In this document: positions 24,427 to 29,737 of the stretch, in pieces
Numbering within the stretch: position 1 is the stretch's first letter
Layout: each line of letters opens with the position of its first letter
IMG/VR virus record: IMGVR_UViG_3300025777_000007
Span: 1 to 29,737 of that record
Length of the DNA stretch: 29,737 nucleotides
Origin: a virus
Lineage: Duplodnaviria > Caudoviricetes
Direction: 5' to 3' (one strand)
Notes under the pieces: model-generated
Databases searched by the model: none
What the model saw: only the letters and a program-made list of their open reading frames with translations
Told to the model about the DNA's origin: nothing
Translations under genes and position numbers: made by a program

Positions 24427-25638
24427 ATGGCTACTATCGGCCCCTTTAGTAATTTCCCCCAAGGGTTTGCTAATGGTATTTCCGTTCGCGGAGTACCTTT
24501 ACTGCAAGCTCAACCTGGCCAGGTCTTCTGGCTCAACAACTCAACCAACCTGAATCAGAACCAAAGAGCTGGTGCGGACGGCAATCGCGGAACTTTCCTC
24601 GACCCCTTTGCTACCTTGAACTTTGCGATCAATCAGTGTGTGCCCGGTCGTGGTGATATCATCATGGTTGGCTCTGGTCACGCGGAGACTATCTCGACCT
24701 TGACTTACGGTGCGGTGAACGGCTTGACCATAGACACGAGTGATATCGCTATCATTGGTCTGGGTTCTGGTAGTGACCGCCCGCAGTTCATCTTTGACAC
24801 AGCAGCCACTACAACGGCTTTGGTGTATGGCAACAATGTCAGCTTCCAGAACATCCAGTTCGTAGCTAACTTTGCCAACATTACTTCGCTGTTTACTCTG
24901 ACGACGGCAAGTGTAACTGCCTCCTTCAGCGGCACCATAATGACTGTTACTGCCGTAGGTACCGCTGGTATCTATTCTGGCATCACGGTTACTGGTACTG
25001 GTGTGGCTAAGGGTACGATGGTCGTGACGCAGTTGAGCGGAACCTTTGGCGGTGTTGGCACCTACCTGATGGATACAAGTCAAACAGTTGCTTCTACCAC
25101 TGTAACTAACCTGACTCAGTTCTTCTCTCTTGATAACTGCGAAGTTCGCGACACCAGCGCTTCTCTGAACTTCTTGAGCGTTGTGACTACCAGCACGACA
25201 AGTAATGCAGCAGATGGTCTTTCGATCACCCGCTCCAACATCTACTCGTCGGTAGCAACAGGTGTTGTAACCTTCGTTAACCCATTAGGCACCAATGATC
25301 GCTGGAACATCGCCGGCAATTATTATTCAGCTAAGACAACTAATGCCAGCGCGGTCTTCCCGATTGCAACTGGTAAGGTGCTGACTAACTTTGTTGTTCG
25401 TGATAATTTGTTTAACCTGGTGAACGCCGTAGGCACCGCTACTGGTTACCTCATCACAACCAACGGTTCGACAAACTCCGGCTTTATCCACAACAACATT
25501 GATCACTGCCTTGCCAATACAACCTACCTGAGTTCGTTGTTAGTGACCGCATCCAGCGGCTTTGTGTTCGGACAAAACTGGCACTCGCGTACCGCAGACA
25601 AGTCTCCAGGTGTTGTTCTGCCGGCAGCCGATTCCTAA
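24427..25638 (+). CDS. Virion fibre/spike protein with beta-helix-like region
   Basis: PFATLNFAI..GDIIMV..GHAET beta-helix start; Thr/Asn/Gly-rich. Confidence 0.65.
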   Translation: MATIGPFSNFPQGFANGISVRGVPLLQAQPGQVFWLNNSTNLNQNQRAGADGNRGTFLDPFATLNFAINQCVPGRGDIIMVGSGHAETISTLTYGAVNGLTIDTSDIAIIGLGSGSDRPQFIFDTAATTTALVYGNNVSFQNIQFVANFANITSLFTLTTASVTASFSGTIMTVTAVGTAGIYSGITVTGTGVAKGTMVVTQLSGTFGGVGTYLMDTSQTVASTTVTNLTQFFSLDNCEVRDTSASLNFLSVVTTSTTSNAADGLSITRSNIYSSVATGVVTFVNPLGTNDRWNIAGNYYSAKTTNASAVFPIATGKVLTNFVVRDNLFNLVNAVGTATGYLITTNGSTNSGFIHNNIDHCLANTTYLSSLLVTASSGFVFGQNWHSRTADKSPGVVLPAADS

Positions 25639-25687
25639 AGTCTAGTTACCCAGGCAATTCGTTTTATTCTTTTTTGGAGTTCTTACT

Positions 25688-26410
25688 ATGTCCCAAGGTC
25701 AAGCAAACCCCTCATTCCCGTTGTCTACTTCCGGCAAAACCATTGGTATGCTGGTTGATGAATACGGGCTGTGCGATGAAGGTTCTTACTTCATTGCCAC
25801 CAACCCAGCTCCCGGTACGGCTATCGCTACTACGACTTCCGTAGTTGACGATGCGACTGGCGCGACTACCCACGCGCAGCAAAAGCCTGTTCTGTTGATT
25901 CAGAATCAGAACACTGTTGCTTCCGGTATGAACATCCAGTTGCGCTACCTGAAAATGTTCATCACCCAGGTTCCCACTTCGGCAACCGGCTGGCGCTATG
26001 CCATGCGTCTTGATCCTCTGTCGACGAAGCTAACCACCGCTGGCACAATCATTACTCCGCAGAATCCGAACGGTAACAGCACGACCTTGAGCCGCGCTTA
26101 CATTAACTTCGGCGCAATCACCACTACTGATTCGACGGCAAGTCCTCAGCAGCGTCTGGTTGCCAACGGTATGGTTGCTCAAGCTATCCCTGTTGCCAAT
26201 GATGAATGGTTCTTTAACTTCGGCGCAACGTTTGCTTCGATCGATTCGTCGGTCACTTCCGCTAACGTGAAGCGTTGTTCGTTCCCTGTGCCTCCAATCA
26301 TCATTCCGCCGGGCTGGTTCTTTACCCTTGAGATGTGGGGCGCTTCCAATGCTGCCGCACCTTCGTGGGAATTTGAACTTGGCTACTCTGAGCGCCCTCA
26401 AGGTCAGTAA
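25688..26410 (+). CDS. Virion structural protein (beta-rich)
   Basis: Late-operon context, SD GGAG. Confidence 0.55.
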   Translation: MSQGQANPSFPLSTSGKTIGMLVDEYGLCDEGSYFIATNPAPGTAIATTTSVVDDATGATTHAQQKPVLLIQNQNTVASGMNIQLRYLKMFITQVPTSATGWRYAMRLDPLSTKLTTAGTIITPQNPNGNSTTLSRAYINFGAITTTDSTASPQQRLVANGMVAQAIPVANDEWFFNFGATFASIDSSVTSANVKRCSFPVPPIIIPPGWFFTLEMWGASNAAAPSWEFELGYSERPQGQ

Positions 26411-26429
26411 GCACTAACGATCGCAGATC

Positions 26430-26843
26430 ATGGCTAATTCCCTTGATAAGCAGATCACAGGCGATGGCTACCGTAATGCTGTGGTAAAGCTTACGGGAGT
26501 CATCGACACTGCGAACGTCGTGCTTCAACCTGCCATATCACTTTCAGACTTTAAGACTAATGACCAAAATCTTTATCTTAATGGTTTTCGAGTTGATTTA
26601 ATAGAGTGGTCGATAAGCAATCCGTTAGAGGTAGTTCTGTCTTGGAACGGCGCAAGCCCACAACAGATCTTTCCTCTTTCGGGTCGTGGTCGGATAGCGT
26701 CAGACAACTATGGCGGCTTCCTTCCTGACATCACGAAGCCTGGTTATGATGGTTCGATTGTCCTTTCGACAGCGAACTACACCCCAGGTACCATTATGAA
26801 CTATACCATTGTTCTGGAACTTGTAAAACTCTACAAGCGTTAA
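26430..26843 (+). CDS. Virion structural protein
   Basis: Late-operon context; YGG..GYDGSI..YTIVLE.VK pattern. Confidence 0.55.
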   Translation: MANSLDKQITGDGYRNAVVKLTGVIDTANVVLQPAISLSDFKTNDQNLYLNGFRVDLIEWSISNPLEVVLSWNGASPQQIFPLSGRGRIASDNYGGFLPDITKPGYDGSIVLSTANYTPGTIMNYTIVLELVKLYKR

Positions 26844-26844
26844 T

Positions 26845-27561
26845 ATGACAAGCCCTGTATCATTCAATACACCCGCTCGAGCAATCGAATACGCAATGAA
26901 GGATGCGGGGCTTCTCTCGCGTGGAGATCTTCCTGATGGGGATCAATACGCGGAGTACGGCAACCGTATGAATGACCTGATTAACCTTTGGCAGACCCAA
27001 GGGTTGAAGCTGTGGCTTAACTACGATCTGCCGGTTACGCTTACGCAAGGCGTAGGCAAGTACACTCTTGGCCCGACCGGCACTGTCGTCATATCGAAGC
27101 CAATGCGAATCTTTGATTCTTTTACTATCAATACAAGCGGCACTCGCCGCCCACTTATAATTATTTCGAGAGCTGAATACAATCGACTCTCTAACACTAC
27201 GAACCAAGGCGCACTTAATAGCGTGTTCGTGGACAAGCAGCAAACATATTTAGGTGTTTATTTCTGGATGGTTCCAGATGCGGTTGCGGCCACTGACACC
27301 GCTTACCTAACCGTTCAACAAGCTGTAACTAACTTTACCGGTTTAAACGATCAGATGAACTTCCCGCAAGAGTGGTTTATGGCAATTCGTTGGGGACTGG
27401 CTGATGACATATGCGGCGGTCAATCTAAAGCCATCATGGACCGCTGCCAACAGAGGGCTATGGTTTACAGAACAACTCTTGAGGATTGGGATGTTGAAGA
27501 TGCTTCAAGCTTCTGGCAACCCGACTCTCGTGCAACCACAGCTGCAACAAGCTTCCGATAA
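26845..27561 (+). CDS. Head-tail adaptor (P22 gp4-like position)
   Basis: AMKDAG..LINLWQTQGL..FPQEW..AIRWGLA. Confidence 0.65.
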   Translation: MTSPVSFNTPARAIEYAMKDAGLLSRGDLPDGDQYAEYGNRMNDLINLWQTQGLKLWLNYDLPVTLTQGVGKYTLGPTGTVVISKPMRIFDSFTINTSGTRRPLIIISRAEYNRLSNTTNQGALNSVFVDKQQTYLGVYFWMVPDAVAATDTAYLTVQQAVTNFTGLNDQMNFPQEWFMAIRWGLADDICGGQSKAIMDRCQQRAMVYRTTLEDWDVEDASSFWQPDSRATTAATSFR

Positions 27562-28946
27562 TGGCTACTGGCACTTACCCCAATCCAGAGATACCCACAA
27601 GGGTGCCTCTTGCTGTCACGCCTGAGAACCGTGACAACACAACGGCCAAAGACTCAAAGGTTGTTAACGGCTTTATGGAAAAGGGCCAAGACGGGTATCT
27701 GGCTTATAAGCGTCCAGGGTTAGCTCTGAGTTCCTATAGCGTCGCGGCATCCCATGGTTATGGTTTATATACTTGGATTGGGGATACATACGCAAACTTC
27801 GGAGGAACGCTTTATAAAAACGGAGTCTCCTTAGGGACCATGACGACAACCCGCATCAACACTTTTGACCAAGTGCTCGGCGGAACCCCTTCCCTATTCA
27901 TTACCTGCGGCAACAAGGTTGCGTATTACTACAACACAGTAGCGGGTTTAACCCTTATTACTTTTCCAGCTGGCATGACTAACTTGGTGCGAGGTTCTGC
28001 TTACCTTGATGCCACTATGTATGTGATGGACGTAAATGCTAACATCTGGGGATCTGGTCTGAACGATCTTTCAAGTTGGGTATCTTCTAACTACATCAAA
28101 GCACAGATCGAACCTGACTTTGGGGTAGCTATTGCTAAGCACCTTGTATATGTGATTGCACTTAAGCAATGGTCAACCGAAGTGTTTTATGACGCGGGTA
28201 ATGCTGTGAACAGTCCGCTATCCCCTGTTCAAGGTGCTAAGATCAATTGGGGCTGTGCGTCCGCTGACACTGTTCAAGAGATTGATGGTGATCTTCTGTG
28301 GCTGTCTCAGACACGAGAACTTTCATATGAAGTTATTTATATGAAAAACCTGAAGGCGATTCCCGTCTCCACCAAACCCGTTGAGCGTCTTCTGGCCAAG
28401 GCTGTCTTCAGCGAGGTCTACTCGTGGACTTGGAAGGGGGATGGACACTCCTTCTATCTTTTAACGATTGAGGATCTTAACCTTACTCTTGCCTATGACA
28501 TAAAGGAAAATCTTTGGAGTCAATGGACAGACGCCAATGGAAACTACATGGCAGTCTCCGACTCCTATGGAGCTCTTATTCAAGGCGAAGACAGCGGCAA
28601 AATATACTCCATGGCCTTGAGCAACACTGATGATGCGGGTAGCCCAATAACCTTTGATCTGTATACACCTAACTTTGACGCTAACATTGACCGCCGAAAG
28701 ATTGTAAAACTGGTTCGAGTCCTTGCCGACAAGACACCTGGAAGTGTTATTCAAATTCGCCATAACGATAATGATTATGAACCAAGTAAGTGGACTAACT
28801 TTAGACGCCTTGACCTGAATCAGGAACGGCCCTTCCTTGTAGATGATGGTACGTTCAATCGTAGAGCTTACCACATACGTCACCAGTGCAATACAACTTT
28901 AAGGTTAAATGCAATTGACCTTCAGATGGATCTGGGGACCATATGA
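27561..28946 (+). CDS. Tail nozzle / packaged-DNA stabilisation protein (P22 gp10-like)
   Basis: KRPGL N-terminus, STEVFYDAG, GC, STKPVER, GHSFY..TLAYD..WSQW beta-propeller motifs. Confidence 0.75.
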   Translation: MATGTYPNPEIPTRVPLAVTPENRDNTTAKDSKVVNGFMEKGQDGYLAYKRPGLALSSYSVAASHGYGLYTWIGDTYANFGGTLYKNGVSLGTMTTTRINTFDQVLGGTPSLFITCGNKVAYYYNTVAGLTLITFPAGMTNLVRGSAYLDATMYVMDVNANIWGSGLNDLSSWVSSNYIKAQIEPDFGVAIAKHLVYVIALKQWSTEVFYDAGNAVNSPLSPVQGAKINWGCASADTVQEIDGDLLWLSQTRELSYEVIYMKNLKAIPVSTKPVERLLAKAVFSEVYSWTWKGDGHSFYLLTIEDLNLTLAYDIKENLWSQWTDANGNYMAVSDSYGALIQGEDSGKIYSMALSNTDDAGSPITFDLYTPNFDANIDRRKIVKLVRVLADKTPGSVIQIRHNDNDYEPSKWTNFRRLDLNQERPFLVDDGTFNRRAYHIRHQCNTTLRLNAIDLQMDLGTI

Positions 28947-29737
28947 CTGTTGTATTTAATCCCCCACCAACCTACGCCGAACCTACGATTGAAGATTCAA
29001 CTGGGAACGTTCGATTCAATCCTATTTGGCTTAAATGGTTTCTTGATCTGACAAAGTTCTTAACAGCCGCTGGCGATGCTAATGGTGTAGTGCATAATCA
29101 AACCGTTGGAAAAGAAGGCGGGGACGGAACTGACTACTATCATCTGGGAGCGACTCTTTACGCAGCGGTTCAGCGAATTGCGGCTACCAGTATTCCTTAT
29201 GTTGCAGCTTCGGGAACAGGTGATGCTCTTGTAGCTAACTACACTCCGGCCATTGGAGCTCTTGTTGATGGCTTGATATTGGAGGTCGGCCCGTTTGCAA
29301 TCAACACCCTTACAAATCCTACCATCAATGTAAATGGTTTAGGGGCTAAGACTATTGTAAAACAAAACGGAGCAGCCTTAATTCCTGGTGACATTGCAGG
29401 AAGTCTTTGTCGGATGTTGCTGGTTTATAATGCAAGCACCAACAGTTTTAACTTAAACAACCCAGCAAGTGCTTATAGTATTAGTGGACATACCTTTGAT
29501 ATTCCTGGGCCGATAGGAGGAACCGTTGCCAGCACAATTAACGGAACCACTATTACAGCAAGTGTCTGGCTTGCCTCATCAATCTCATGGACGGTAGCAA
29601 CGCTTCCCACCGGAGTTCTCGGTGCTCGGACCTTTGTTACAAATGCGTTAGCTCCAACGTTTGGAGCAGCTGTAGTTGGTGGCGGGGCTGTAATAATCCC
29701 CGTGTTCTATAATGGTACAACTTGGATTGTAGGATGA
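28943..29737 (+). CDS. Tail fibre/needle-like protein
   Basis: NPIWLKWF, GG..YYHL, TINVNGLGAKTI..GDI, C-terminal TVATLP..GARTFVTNA..PVFYNGTTW modules. Confidence 0.65.
   Translation: MTVVFNPPPTYAEPTIEDSTGNVRFNPIWLKWFLDLTKFLTAAGDANGVVHNQTVGKEGGDGTDYYHLGATLYAAVQRIAATSIPYVAASGTGDALVANYTPAIGALVDGLILEVGPFAINTLTNPTINVNGLGAKTIVKQNGAALIPGDIAGSLCRMLLVYNASTNSFNLNNPASAYSISGHTFDIPGPIGGTVASTINGTTITASVWLASSISWTVATLPTGVLGARTFVTNALAPTFGAAVVGGGAVIIPVFYNGTTWIVG

Overview
This window is part of a tailed dsDNA phage genome with podovirus-like (P22-type) tail genes and two divergent arms. The minus arm (1-15333) carries early genes, a Sak4/SSB/Cas4-like recombination module, a DEDDh exonuclease, a ParB-N6/N4 methyltransferase fusion and a UDG-like/PolA fusion. 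The plus arm (15728-29737) carries the terminase, portal, GroES, scaffold, capsid, adaptor, nozzle and fibre genes. No integrase, tRNA or CRISPR array was recognised. The most unusual signals are non-coding. (1) A palindromic operator, AYGTGTWCACRT, occurs as pairs exactly 24 bp apart at four intergenic control points. (2) A ~300-bp two-fold symmetric, origin-like element is centred on an A-tract near 13864. (3) A structured 3'-UTR RNA (8681-8845, minus strand) exposes an anti-Shine-Dalgarno loop complementary to the start region of a nearby phage gene. (4) Five early sigma70-like promoters all have 16-bp spacers. Several early proteins also share a C-terminal D[DE][LM]LxEL motif. Product calls come from motif recognition by eye; no database searches were run.
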